A stretch of 64,000 bases of DNA from Octopus vulgaris (Eukaryota). The DNA lies in contig OX597814.1 of assembly GCA_951406725.2 (NCBI GenBank), positions 121,644,001 to 121,708,000 of the forward strand, in the 5' to 3' direction. Positions 1 to 13,755 of the stretch are shown here, one piece after another. The translations under genes were made by a program, and so were the position numbers. The stretch's first letter is position 1, and each line of letters opens with the position of its first letter. The notes under the pieces were generated by a model that worked only from the letters and a program-made list of their open reading frames with translations, was not told where the DNA came from and ran no database searches.

Positions 1-71
1 TCTTGAGTCTTTCCCAATAGCTTATATGCTGCACAGTGGCAGCATATAAGCATATATATATATATATAATA

Positions 72-248
72 TTCTTTTATTCTTTTATTGTTTTATTTGT
101 TTCAGTCATTTGACTACGGCCACACTGGAGTACCGCCTTTAGTCGAAGAAATCGACCACAGGACTTATTCTATCCGATCTTTTGCCGAACCGCTAATTTA
201 CGGGGACGTAAACACACCTAGATCAGTTGTCAAGTGATGGTAGGACGG

Positions 249-279
<31 letters not shown>

Positions 280-416
280 TATGTCTACTTAATCCACACA
301 CAAGGCTTTGTTCGGTCCGAGGCTATAGAATACACTTGCCCAAGATGCTACGCGGAGCGACTGGACCCGGAACCATGTGGTTGGTAAGCCAGCGACTTAC
401 CACACAGCCACTCCTG
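72..416 (-). mobile_element. SINE family A copy (Octopus-type, head AGGAGTGGCTGTGTGGTAAG, internal microsatellite, tail ...GACTGAAAC)
   Basis: Reverse complement matches the copies at 55128-55535 and 58985-59318 along their length. Confidence 0.85.
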
Positions 417-1599
417 TTTGTGTGCATATGCATACAAAGAGGATTGAAAGAGAGTGAAGGCGGGAGGTAAAAAGTGGGAGAGAGTGCTTGAATGTAAATG
501 TGTATGTCAGTGGGAGGACAAATATATGCGTGATGTCATGCCCAATTAGCCATAAAAAATTCTGCCGTTACACTTTCTCGTCAAGTATTCAGTATATCAA
601 TTGAATAAAATATCTAAAATGTTTACTTATTCTGTAGAAATATACAAGTTTATTTTATTTGCCCTTTTTATTAATATTCGGGCTTCAGGAATATGGCACT
701 GTAATTTGCTGATTATTTCCTCATATTTTTTATGTATTATGTATATTTTCGTATTATTTCTGTCAGAAAATTTTAATTGCGTTTATTACACCGGAAACGT
801 GAGGTGAATCGATAAGGAAAATTTAGTTTCTCCTATTTCTAAATATGCTAATATTTGCCAAAATTAATTCCTAATATGTATTGCCATCTTTGCTACAGTA
901 TGCAACTTCTCATCATCTGCATCATAGCAGAATTAAATTCCTTTCAGTTACTGAATTCAAATTATCGTTTTAGCGAAATCATTTTATCTCTATAATACAC
1001 GATGAAGTAAATTTATCAAAAAATTGTGATTTATAAATAATCATGTTTATGTATGCATATATCTATATGAAAATGACGTATCTCTTTGCTGATATATTAT
1101 TACATACACACACAAAGAGATGCGCGCGTGTATGTATATATACACGAGCGTGGGTGTATCAATATGTATATTTTATGGCTGTCTCTATAATTGCTGTATA
1201 TTTTTAGGGAAATGCAAACACATTTTGCATACGTTTTCAGAAACATGTAATTTCTGGTAAGCTCCAGAAAAAAGTTTTGAAACAATGCATCTCATGATAT
1301 GAAATCATATTTATTTTTTCATAGATAATTTTTTTTCTTCTAATATAATTCTGATGTCACCTTGGATGTATTATAGAGATCTGTACTAAATTACTACATG
1401 TTTTAACAAACACTGCTGGAATGATAAAAGAATAAAATCAAAATTCGAACTTAGAATGAAATGATACATAACAAAACAAGGCTGGTAGCACTCAGCCATC
1501 TACTGGCTTTCTTTTAAGAACATGACGTTTCGGAATATATATCTGTGTGTGTGAGTGTGCGTGTGTGTATGGGTGTTGTATTTAACTACGATATACATA

Positions 1600-4500
1600 C
1601 TGTTGACGAGTTGTTTTCTTTCTTTTAACTTTTCCCTTTCCCTTTCCGATGAAGAGCAATTATTTCTCGACAAATATGCTACAAATTACGGTAAAGTCTC
1701 TAGAACTCTAAGAAATAGCATTAAAAGTGAATAATCTTACCAAGGTTGCCAATCTCACACGTGGCAACATGAACACTCATTTCACCATGAATTGAAGATG
1801 AACTACGGCAAGAACTCTTCCCTTTTTTTATGCAAACACCCTAATGCACATATGAACAAAAAGCAGAAGCAAGATAGATATTCCTTTTATCGGACCATTA
1901 GGAGTAGATATCATAGGACATCGCTTTCAAGACCTCAACGGAAATTACCTACAAGAAACTGGGCAAAAAAACGATCTAGATCTGGAAGTGACCCTAGATC
2001 ATTTCCCCAGGCGATTAAGAACAATACTAACAAGATAATGAAAAATAATATGCATATCAAAAATAGGACAGAAAACATAACGAAAGCAAGCAGAATGCCA
2101 CAACCAAAATGCAAACATCAGCAGGAACATAAATCATAAAGAGAAAAATCCATTTTTTAATGTCAGGACAACAAACACCGGAGAAAGAAAACATCCAAGA
2201 GGAAACATACCCAAAAGAACTAAACGTATTGATCCTAAAATATTTATTTTATCCAAAAGAGATCTTGACAATGATGAAATGCAACTTCTGTCAAGAAGAC
2301 TGAAATTCACACCTACACCAACAGTCAACCACTAAGAACTAAAGGAGGATATCCAAAGATTCTGTCGTAAGTTACGACTTGTACAATTCTTCACTTATAA
2401 GAGTAATGAAATTGATGAATCCCTAGTAAAGAATAAATCAAATTTCACCCCACCAAAAGGAAGAAATAACTATCGTGACCAAGACATTGATATCCTGTGT
2501 AAAGTTTCCTTTAGACGCGATACAAATCGGAGATTTCTGCATTTAAAATTATGCAAAACAATCAAACAATAATTGTTATTGTGGATACCAAATACTACAA
2601 GGATTTAATTGAGAACCAACTGAAGGACACAACCTTCTATTGTCAAATACCTTCAAATATAAACCACCACATCATGAAGAAGATCAACAACCTGTTTTCA
2701 GATCACTGCAACCCACCGTTAATGAAAAGGAATATTTCATCAATTTCGAACCAAAACCCAGCAACTTTTATGGCTTACCGAAAATACATAAATCAAAAGA
2801 TATTCAACATGCAGTAAAAGAAAAAGATAATGAGTACATAAAATCACTATATCCAAAATATTTAAAATTTATACTTATTATAGCTGGTCCAGAATGCTCT
2901 ACCCAGCCTCTAAGCAATTTTATTGACATAGTTTTAAAACCCTTTTGTACCAACATACTCAGTTTCTTCTGGGATGACATCGACTACTTGTTTCATCTTC
3001 CCGAAACAACAGAAATGAATTCACTTTTACTCAGTGTTGATGAGGTAAGCCTTTACACCAATATTCTGCATGATTTAGGAATAACAGCGATTAAATACTG
3101 GGTATAAAAACAGAGAAGTGATTCTAAATACTCTGGAAGAGTTCAATACCCTCCTGAACAAGTTACACCCATCTCTCCAATTTGCAAAGATGAGTAGTAC
3201 CAAATTACAATTCCTAGATATAATAGTAATTAAAAAGGACACGACTATTAACACAGATATATACTACAAACACACGAATACACATCAGTACCTGCATTTT
3301 AAGTCATACCATTCCACCACATACAAAACGCAACATCCGATACTGCCTAGCCAGAAGAACTTTTACCTTTGTAGAAGATACTAATATCAGGAACAAACAC
3401 CTAACAGAACTAAGAGAATTTGTGCTCAAACAAAAATACCCGTCTCTACTTATAGAAAATGGCATATTGCGGGCTATAAAAATGCCCATACAACTAAGGA
3501 CAACCCAAAGACGACGAAAGCAAGAACAAGTCATATTGTTTATAGTGGCACACAATTCATGTCACCAGAATATCTTCAACATTGCCAAAGCAAACCTACC
3601 AATCATAGCTCAAAGTAATGAATTAAAAGATATAATCACGGATCGAACTATGGTTCTTAGTGAAAGACAGCCTAGAAACCCGAAAAAATTATTAATAAAG
3701 ACAAAGTTTGACCTCAGAAATAAAGACCAATCGTTCACTGTCTCTAAATGCAATGATAGCCGTTGTGGCACATGGCAATTCATGCATAATGGCCAATATA
3801 TGAACATAAAAACCGGAAAATATTCACAAACGCAAATATGAAGTGCAAAAGCAGAAATCTACTTTACAGCATTAAATTCACGAATTGTGAAGAACTAAAT
3901 GTGGGTTAGACCGGAAATGCACTATCAGGACGTTCACGTGTGCACCGACAGCAAATTAAAGACCCAGATGTCCGTCAGATACCTTTGAGTAACCATTAAG
4001 CAACATGTGGTCGGAAAATATTTATATTTCCATTCCACAAACTACATAGTCCAAGTGAAATTGAGAAAAAAACCCAGAGAAATGAACTTTATTGATAAAT
4101 TCCAACCCAAGCTAAATAAACAAAAATAATAATACTAATACTTAGAGGCACTTTTTCTACTGCTACGACCACAGCCATTAACAACAAGATTACTAAATTT
4201 CTCATGATGACGATAGCAGGAAAATACTGGCTAATTCAAGAGAAAAGACAGTAAAAACAATCTTATTTAGGGTTTAAAGTTCTAGTACCACAGCTACTCC
4301 AACCATCAACACCACCACCACTAACGACAATAATAATAAAGGAGGTGATAATGGTGATGATGATAATTAAAATGTTGTTTACAACATTTCTAAAAATAGC
4401 CAAACAATTACTGCTTCGGGCAGGGTCAAATTAATGGTCACTTGACTTGTTCAACAAACCGTGACGCCTAAACCAAACCAAACAACTTAAGAAATTTAGT

Positions 4501-4720
4501 GAAGCCACACGTTGATTGGTCAGAATACAGTTTGCAAAACTTAACATTCTGGAGCCTATGCAAATATATTAAAGGCACACTTTTTAGTCATCTCACTACA
4601 GTTGTAAATTGTAAAACATAAATGCCACCAATACTATATGTACCTGAAGATTGCATAGTTTAATGCATGAAAGTACTAGTTTAATCAGAATACACATTTA
4701 ATATTCTATCATTTCATTAT
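1600..4720 (+). mobile_element. Decayed Penelope-like retroelement (RT plus GIY-YIG endonuclease pseudo-ORF, 3' pseudo-LTR region)
   Basis: Frameshifted ORFs contain FYGLPKIHK, IIAGPECSTQPLSNFIDIVLKP, SLYTNI, LNKLHPSLQF, LQFLDI, TDIYYKHTNTHQYLHF, CNDSRCGT and a GIY-YIG-like LLYSI..NVG*TGN..RVHRQQI. The central YxDD region of the RT is missing near 3110. Confidence 0.9.
4641..4680 (+). ncRNA. Minimal type I hammerhead ribozyme motif in the Penelope 3' end
   Basis: CTGAAGA (4644-4650), stem II TGCAT/ATGCA, GAAA (4669-4672), palindromic AGTACT in place of stem III, NUH = CTA. Stem I is only about 2 bp and the first stem II pair is U-U. Confidence 0.6.
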
Positions 4721-5357
4721 ATTATATTATATTATATTATATTATATTATATTATATTATATTTTATTATATTATATTTTATTATTATAAGATTATAAAT
4801 AAAACGTGAAAATCAGACAGAGTTGAAATTCCTTTCATTAATAAATATGTGTGTGTGTGTGTGTATGTATATGTACGTGTGTGTTTGTGTGTGTGTCTTT
4901 GTATGTGTGTTTATGTATATATGTGTGTGTATATACATATATACATCAATATTTTTTTCTTTTAGTTGAAGTTTGAATCATTGTAACAAAATTTGAAATT
5001 TGATCGGTGTTGTAGGCTCAAAAAACAAAGCGATTTATAGAACATAGCTTTATTGTTATTTTTTTTCTGACATCTACTCAATCTTGTTTATGTATCTCTT
5101 TCATTGTTTGAAAAATATGTTTTCAAATCTAGAATTCAGGAAAGAATAGCAATATAAGTTTGTTTTTATGATAACAATTCTTTTGGCTTCCATATTTGTT
5201 CATATACATATGTACATATATATTCATACATACAAACACAGATATATGTAAAACACACACAAATACATACATACACACACACATATATATATATACACTC
5301 TCTCTTTCTCTCACACACACACATACACACACACGCACACACACATATCTATACATA

Positions 5358-5400
<43 letters not shown>

Positions 5401-5401
5401 A

Positions 5402-5590
5402 GTTGAAATTTACAGAAAAACAAAAGACGAAGACAGGTGTATGAATAACAAACAGGTGTATTAGTTTAAGGCTCGGGAAAGTGAGAAAGTCCTTTACGTT
5501 TCGAACCTACGCTCTTCAACAGAGAGAAATATAAGGATACGAACAGAGAGAGAATAAAAACTTAAAAAAAACTTGTGGATTTAGCGATCA
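5402..5590 (-). mobile_element. Short Penelope pseudo-LTR-like repeat (family D) in (TA)n, carrying a hammerhead-like motif
   Basis: Shared with 20876, 35011, 48797 and 51016. Minus strand 5522-5495 reads CTGTTGA-A-GAGC-GTAG-GTTC-GAAACGTA. Confidence 0.7.
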
Positions 5591-5845
5591 ATATTATATA
5601 TTTTATATATTACACATATGTTCATATATACATACATATATTCTATTTTGGCTGGGGGCGGGGTGTTCATCGATATGCGGGTATTCTATTTCAAATAATA
5701 CAAAAATAACCTAATGAGTATATCTGATAGTAAACTAATGCTATCAGTTTGCACCTCACGAAATAATACTTAGAGGATATAACCAAAATTTCCAGCTGCG
5801 TATATGAGGTACTTCATGAATTATATCATACTTTAGTTAATACTT

Positions 5846-6180
5846 GTGGCTCTGTGGTTAGAGCGTCGAGCTTACGATCGTGAGGTTGTGAGCTCGAATC
5901 CCGGACCGGGCTGCGTGTTGTGTTCTTAAGCAAGACACTTTATTTCACGTTGCTCCAGTTCACTCAGCTGTAGAAATGAGTTGCGACGTCACAGGTGCCA
6001 AGCTGTATCGGCCCTTGCCTTTCTCTTGGACAACACTGGTGGTGTGGAGAGGGGAGGCCAGTATACATGGGCGACTGCTGGTCTTCCATAAAAAAAAAAC
6101 AACCTTGCCCTGACTTGTGCCTCAGAGGGTAACTCTCTAGGTGCAAACCCATGGTCAGTGTCTGACCGAAGGGGGTCACC
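5846..6180 (+). mobile_element. tRNA-derived SINE family C (V/Meta-domain-like centre)
   Basis: A-box-like TGGCTCTGTGGTTAGAGCG and B-box-like GCTCGAATCCC, then GCAAGACACTT...CACTCAGCTGTAGAAATGAG. Homologous inverted copy at 34516-34842. Confidence 0.8.
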
Positions 6181-6619
6181 ATATATTAAATATGAAAGCA
6201 CTACACGTGTTTTAGTATTGGAAGATTACAATATATATACATATATAAATACATATATGCAATACTTATATTCGTTCAGCGGCGACAATTGTGATACGTT
6301 TCACGACACCCTTCTTGGTTGGTCTTCAATTTCATGCTCCTGTGACTGTACTAATCACACTCAATGTTGTTGAGTGGCCTTCATTGTTTGTCGGGTGACG
6401 GAATTCTCAAAATATAACACCTGATGTGAACCACTACTGAATGTGTTCTGCGCAAGCATTTTATATGATGCTGATCCCGTTCACTCAGCTGCTCCCTTCC
6501 CAATATTTGCACAACTTCCACGGCTTAAGACGTGGTGTATGCAACACACCTAAATAGGGATACTTGTGGATGGACTTGAGCATTTGAGAATTAAATATGT
6601 TGATATCCGGTACCCCATT

Positions 6620-7023
<404 letters not shown>

Positions 7024-7410
7024 TTGATGCCACCCTTATTGTTTAGCGAAAGGCTAATTTAGACAAGTGAACATATGAACAAAGAAATGCCTGCTGCGCC
7101 CATTTCGTCGTTTTTAACTTTTTCCGTTCTTCAGAAAATGACCTCCTAGGATCACATTATCCAGCAAGCATTTTCATTAACGTAGAGTATGATTTGAGAC
7201 AGGTTTGGCTTCTACTTTTTCAGGTCTAATGACCGGATATAATCTCCCAATTTCGCCCATGTCCCATGTATTATGCATGGCATGTTACTTGTGCCAATCT
7301 CTCAGCTTCACGCCAAAGCCTAAACGACATACACATTTGCATAAACCGTACTACACAGAACAAAATTACATTATATCATATATCAGTGACGAAAATAATA
7401 TCAAACTTAC

Positions 7411-7516
7411 TTTATCTGGCTGACCGCATTGTCCTTTGTCATACCACCATTTCTTCTCCAGTTTATGTAGTTCTCCCTTTTCACGTAAAACGAGAACAGC
7501 TAGATTTATTGGCATC
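7411..7516 (-). CDS. Next internal exon (106 nt) of the same glutamate receptor; homolog of the vertebrate flip/flop exon
   Basis: Acceptor tttcag|G at 7517/7516 and donor AAA|gtaagt at 7411/7410. The first G completes the CG left by the upstream exon (CGG, Arg), then [35 protein letters not shown], matching xxVNLAVLKLxExGxLxKLKxKWWYDKGEC. Confidence 0.95.
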
Positions 7517-7644
7517 CTGAAAACATAGATGAAATCATTTATAATAATATTGGAGTTATGTGCTTTTACATAATATACATTCACAGAATACGGCAATATC
7601 TGAAATGTGAAGATAAACCGATCATCGGCATTAATTGAATTTAA

Positions 7645-8105
7645 TTCTTTTCTTTTATTCTTTTGCTTGTTTCGGCCGTTTCAGTGCGGCCACGCTGGAG
7701 TACTGCTTTGAGTGGTTTTAGTCGAACAAATCGACCCCAGGATATATTTTTGAAGCCTAGTATTTATTCTGCCGGAGTCATTTGCCGAACCACTGAGTTA
7801 CAGAGACTGAAACACACCAACACCGGTAGTCAAGCGGTGATGGGAGGACAAACAGACACACAAAGACATACACACACAAGCACATGCACACACCTATACC
7901 CAAATATATATACACACACATTTATATATATATATATATGCTATGTTTGTTGTTTTGTCTCATTTGGTCTAAAGTCGTATGACAACCACCGTTATATTAT
8001 ATTTTGTTTAACCGTTACTGTTTTCAATTTCGTTTTCGTCTCTCGTATTTACATCCGTCCCGAATTGAACAGCCGAATTTGCTATGATGATTCGGTGTCT
8101 GACTG

Positions 8106-8150
<45 letters not shown>

Positions 8151-8310
8151 GTTTTATTTTTCAGTTTCCGTATAACAAATCAACACACAATGTCTGCTTG
8201 GCCCCGTGGTTACAGAAGACATTTCGCCAAGGTTCCACGCAGTGGAACTGAACCTGGAGCCTTGTGGTTGGGAAGCGAGCTTCCTACCACACAACCACGC
8301 TTGCACCTAT
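7645..8310 (-). mobile_element. SINE family A copy interrupted by a ~165 bp insert in its internal microsatellite
   Basis: Tail half 7645-7870 and head half 8145-8310 match family A; unrelated sequence lies at ~7940-8110 between (TA)n runs. Confidence 0.8.
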
Positions 8311-10051
8311 ATTTCTAGAAAAAATCGTGGAAATGTTTGATACGTTTAAATGGTGTGCTTAGTAAAACGTATAATATTTTAGAACTCTTGCACTTCATCC
8401 GAAAGCAGTTGCAGGGGATGCTGTTGCTTTAATAACAATCTAGTAAATGTATAAAATGCTAACTCCTAATTTTACAAGAGTCACTATGGAAGTTAAGTGG
8501 AATTTATAGCAAACATAACGTTCTGTACTAAAGAGCAAGAAGTCAGTTATCATTGTTTCTCTTTTCTTTTAACGCTCCTGGTGAAGGAATCGAAACCACT
8601 ACGTTACGATAATGAATGAAACAACCTAGATCAATCGTTATGTTCACTGCGATCATTTTATTTTACGCTGATCCGGTTCACTCAGCTGTAAATGTGTTCC
8701 GGGAACAGCTGAAACGTTAACCCTCGTTAACATAGTCCATCAAACCGCGCAATGCGTGGGTTGTAGAAATATGTCATTTCTACGACACAGAAACCGAATT
8801 AAGCTCCATTCTTTTGAGCCATAACCTTCATGATACTTCCTACAAAATTTCGAAACTGATAGCTTATAGTAAATTTTTTGCATTCACTCATTCATCAAAG
8901 GAATTTCCACCGTGTTTCGTGGTCTGCTACCACAACAGCTCCTTTATAGGATCCAGTTAGCTCAAGACATCATCAGGAGGAACCACATCCGGTTTCGGCC
9001 CCTACTCCTCTACCGTGTTGACGTCCCCCCCCCCCTTTCGGAGGCGTCTTCAGCTCTGGTGTTGGGGGCATGTCTTCTTTCTTCTTCTTTCTTCTGTTCC
9101 CTGGCCTCTTCGATGTAGCGTCAACGAGTGTCAGCGGGCGATATCGCTCAGGCACGAAGAATCCATATCTCTACTGATCGCAGGCATTGATTTCGAGGAT
9201 TTGCTTTAGTTACTTCGCTTGAACTACATTACTTAAGATTCTGTATGTTCTAGTCGGGGCCGAAAGCTACAGGTGATGGATGGCACATTCAGTTCCGAAC
9301 TGGATGATTCCAGCATCAATGACACTACGGTAATGAAGTATATGTCCTCTCCATTATTCTAACATTATTTCCCTACACTGATTTTTTATTAATTAATTAA
9401 TTAAGTTATTTATTTATTTATTTTCAATTTAACACTCCATATCTGATATTTTTACGAACACATGCCCCGTTATCGTACATACTTGATTTTGGTCGTTGTG
9501 ACGGTTTGACTACCAAGCAAAAATAACATATCTAGTGATGTTACTTATTCTATATCTTCAAGTATATTCTTTATTGAATGGTTCATGGAAGTCTAAAGAA
9601 CTGGAGTGTGTATTACACAAGAATTTCCAAGTGAATAATCAATTATCAAAGAAACATACATGCACACACACTCACACACACATACTTGATCTATACACAT
9701 GTGTTATATATATATACATGAGTATGTTTGTGCGTATAAGTATATATTAAGGTGTTTTCTTATACACTTTTATTCTTTGTTATAGAACAGGTAACTAAAT
9801 ACATGTAAATCATAAAGCAACAGATAAATGACAGAGCAATATTTATTTTCCATTAATCTCGCGTTTACTGTTTGACATCCAAGACAAAGTGTACCAATCA
9901 ATTGAAGTCAATTCCACTTCGGTACTTTTATCATACAACAAGTTATGGAAACGAGAATTTGTATCTAATGGTCTTGCCAAACTGCCTATTTGTATGTGAA
10001 TATTAAGTGAGTCGATATACATCAATAGAGTCAGCAGAAAGTTGATATTAG

Positions 10052-10180
10052 CTTCTGCCGGAGCTGCGTGGGGCTTAGGTGTTTCGCTCATAAACACACA
10101 CATCACCCCGTCTGAAATTCGAACCCGCGATCCCCCGACCGCGAGTCCGCTGCCCTAACCACTAGGCCATGTGCCTCCAC
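10052..10180 (-). mobile_element. tRNA-derived SINE head
   Basis: Minus strand GGCACATGGCCTAGTGGTTAGGGCAGCGGACTCGCGGTCG...GGTTCGAATTTC has A and B boxes followed by SINE body, with no 3' acceptor stem. Confidence 0.7.
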
Positions 10181-10249
10181 TTTGATGTAAGTAGGTAGGT
10201 ATATATGCACATGCATACATATGTGTGTACATACCTATGAGAGTATATG

Positions 10250-10303
<54 letters not shown>

Positions 10304-10804
10304 TGAGTGTGTGTGTGTGTTTGTAACAAAATAGGAAGCTGGAAATATTTTGGTATCATTTATTCTCCATTACAGGTATTACACGCATGCATATGTAGCA
10401 TATATGAAGATACGTTATGTGTGCATGTATTTTTGTGTGGTATGTGTGTATGCATGTATGTACATATATGTGTATATACATACCTCATTTAAAAGTATTA
10501 CAGTTCAGCTTCCGATACATTCCGCTACTGAAATGCCCAATCGTTTGTCACTAGATATTTTACAACGGTTTCGTTATCAGAACAGTTACTCTCACCTACT
10601 CGGTTTCTGACGGCTGGCCCTTATTGATGGCAGCCATGGACTACATTTTGAATGTGGTAAGTTAAAACTCTGACTTAAGCACTTATTCTGTGAAAGTTAC
10701 GGAAAAGCTACGCGTTCATATTATATTTTGTGTTTTATACTGTACGAAATCTCACTCACAAACATGTAGTATCCATGCATGTGTGTTTGTTTTGTATGTA
10801 TGTA

Positions 10805-11075
10805 CAGTAATGCCTCGATATACGAGTAATCTTGTTCTCGGAGACCTCTCGTAAAGTGAAAATTCGTATAGCAATGCAATGATTTCCCATAGTAGCAATG
10901 AAATTGTATGCTATCATTTTACTTCATCGCTTTGTAGACGCGTCAGAACCAATGTTGGTACATGTGACGTTGCCACACACACGAAATGGCTGTTTAATCT
11001 TTTATATTACTTACAAAATAAACTCGTAAAACCGGGGTCTCGTAAAGAGGATTCTCGTAAAATAAGATATGACTG
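10805..11075. mobile_element. Tigger/pogo-type MITE
   Basis: Imperfect TIRs CAGTAATGCCTCGATATACGAG and CTCGTAAAATAAGATATGACTG, TA on both sides (10803-04, 11076-77), subterminal CTCGTAA repeats. Confidence 0.7.
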
Positions 11076-11117
11076 TATTAATACGTATGTGGTGTTTGTC
11101 TGTGTACATACAAAACT

Positions 11118-11189
<72 letters not shown>

Positions 11190-12262
11190 CATACATAAGT
11201 ACATACACATATACATATATCCACAGAGAAATTCTATGAAGACACATATGCATTAATACATACATATGTTTACATATATATAGATTGATTGATACATCTA
11301 TAGCCGATTACGCAGTTTAAAAAGTTGTCGACAAAGCAATTCAATAGCGAAAAAAACAACGTGTTATATCAATGTGAGTAATCGATTCAAATAACATTTG
11401 TTTACCAGATATACGTGCCTGGAATTACATTGCAAGATGTTCTGTGCAAGAAATTCTTAACTCACTAAAATTTTATACGTTTCATCTACTTTAGGGCAAA
11501 TCGTTGGCGATTCAGATGAACTGTACTTGAAAAAAATAACGGAGAATATGTTTAATGCTATTGCCCACACGATAAGAAAGTGTGGTTCAATTTTTGTCAG
11601 CCATTTTAAAATTTATTTTTAAAATGTTCTTCTCGAGAGTCTTGTTATGAAATGGACCATTGTCATATAACGACACATACACAGAAAGCTACACACATAT
11701 GCATATATATAGGTGGTGGGTGTGCGTGCGTATGTATATGTGTTGTGTTAATGTGTGTGTGAGAGAGACAAAGAGAGACAGTGAGACCCTATATGGGAGG
11801 TACACGGTCACACGTTATGTAAGTAGATCTATCTACCCTATTAATCTAATGTTATATCTGAAGTTTTATTAATTATTGTGCATCAGTGATTTTCTATTTA
11901 GCTGTCTCTATCTGAAATCTTTTGAAATTATTATAAAAAAAAATTAGATTTTTGTAGAAGATACATTATTAAACTGCATCAGATATTTGTTTTAAATTTA
12001 CAATTTATCAGGAAAATGTGAAAATATATGTCTGGAATTTTAGATATTTGAATTATATAGATATAGTTTTTTTATTATGTGTGTATCAGTGTACTCGTAT
12101 ATATATGTGTGTGTTTGCATCTATACACACATATATACATATAGTTATATGGGTATATGTATACAATCATATATATCTACATATACATATGTGTATATAT
12201 ATATATATACATACATATACATACATAAATGTATACATACATATATTTAATATATATATATG

Positions 12263-12324
<62 letters not shown>

Positions 12325-12382
12325 CATACATAAATGTATGCAAACATATATATACATAATACATATATATGCATATATATAT

Positions 12383-12439
<57 letters not shown>

Positions 12440-12440
<1 letters not shown>

Positions 12441-12722
12441 TATCGCCAAGCTAATATGGCAGTCCAGAAAAAATAGGACGAGTGCTGCCGTTGATTAGCT
12501 CCAAGAGGTCATCGCCTATAGCTACCTATGTGATACACACAAATCTGTGTCCGTTACAACATTCGAACAGGGAAGGTCATCAGCTTTCTCAGTGTTCGAA
12601 GGTTTATAATGGACACAGGTTCGTATGTATTACATGGCTAGCTAGAGGAGATGACCTCTTGGAGCTAATCAACGGCAGCATTCATACTATTTTTTGGGCC
12701 TACTATGCTAGCTTGGCAATAA
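12440..12722. repeat. Long inverted repeat (foldback), ~130 bp arms, 23 nt loop
   Basis: Arms 12440-12569 and 12593-12722, with a perfect 31 bp core at 12483-12513/12650-12680. Confidence 0.9.
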
Positions 12723-12784
12723 CTATTAATACCGAGTACTTTGCTGTAGTCTCCTTTAGAGAGATTTAGAAATAATAACAATAA

Positions 12785-12835
<51 letters not shown>

Positions 12836-13286
12836 TATATATGTATGTCTAAATATATGTACATGTATATATATGTACATATATGTGTGCGCGAGTGTGC
12901 GTCTAGATATTTGTTTATTTATATTGTGATGTTTCTGTCGTATATATCTTGTTAGAAAAACAGAAAAAAATACAAAAAATTGACGATCAGAGGCATATGT
13001 GATTTGGTAGTTTTGCTTACACCCAGTACATCCGTGACTCATTCCGGCAGAATTACAAGCAAATTCCATTTCCACTATGACTGTATTGTCTTTGCTTTGT
13101 TTGTTTGTTGAATATTTTTTTCATTTTTTTTTTTTTGCTGTTCGTGTTCCAGATAAGGTGATGTCCTCTATCCTTCATAGGATGATAGGACTTGCTTTGG
13201 GGGATACTTTACTACTAACAGATCTAGGAAACATTTATCGTTTTCCTCATTGGCTCTACGATATATAATATGACACTATGTATATC

Positions 13287-13755
13287 CTTTATCCTTTTCT
13301 ACACTCGACACAAGGCCCTAAATTTTGGGGAAGGGCGCCAGTCGATTAGATCGACCCCAGTGCGCAACTGGTACTTAATTCATCAACCCTGAAATGATGA
13401 AAGGCAAAGTCGACCTCGGCGGGATTTGAAATCAGTACGTAAAGACACGAAATGCCGCTAAGCATCTCACGCGGAGTACTAACATTCCTGCCAGCTCACC
13501 GCCTTCTTATATAGATATATTTATTTCTTATTGCTCACAAGGGGCTAAACATAGAGGGGACAAACAAGGACAGACAAAGGGTTCATGTCAATTACATCGA
13601 CCCCAGTGCGTTACTGGTACTTATCTAATCGACCCCGAAAGGATGAAAAGTAAAGTCGACTCGACGGAATGAATTTGAACTGAGAACGTAAAGACAGACA
13701 AAACACCGCCAACTGTTTCGCCCGGCGTGCTAATGTTTCTGACATCTCGCCGCCG
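13287..13755 (-). mobile_element. SINE family B dimer flanked by an 18 bp direct repeat (TSD)
   Basis: Two monomers with core GAGGTCGACTTTGCCTTTCATCCTTTCGGGGTCGAT; flanks TATGACACTATRTATATC at 13269-13286 and 13756-13773. Confidence 0.85.
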
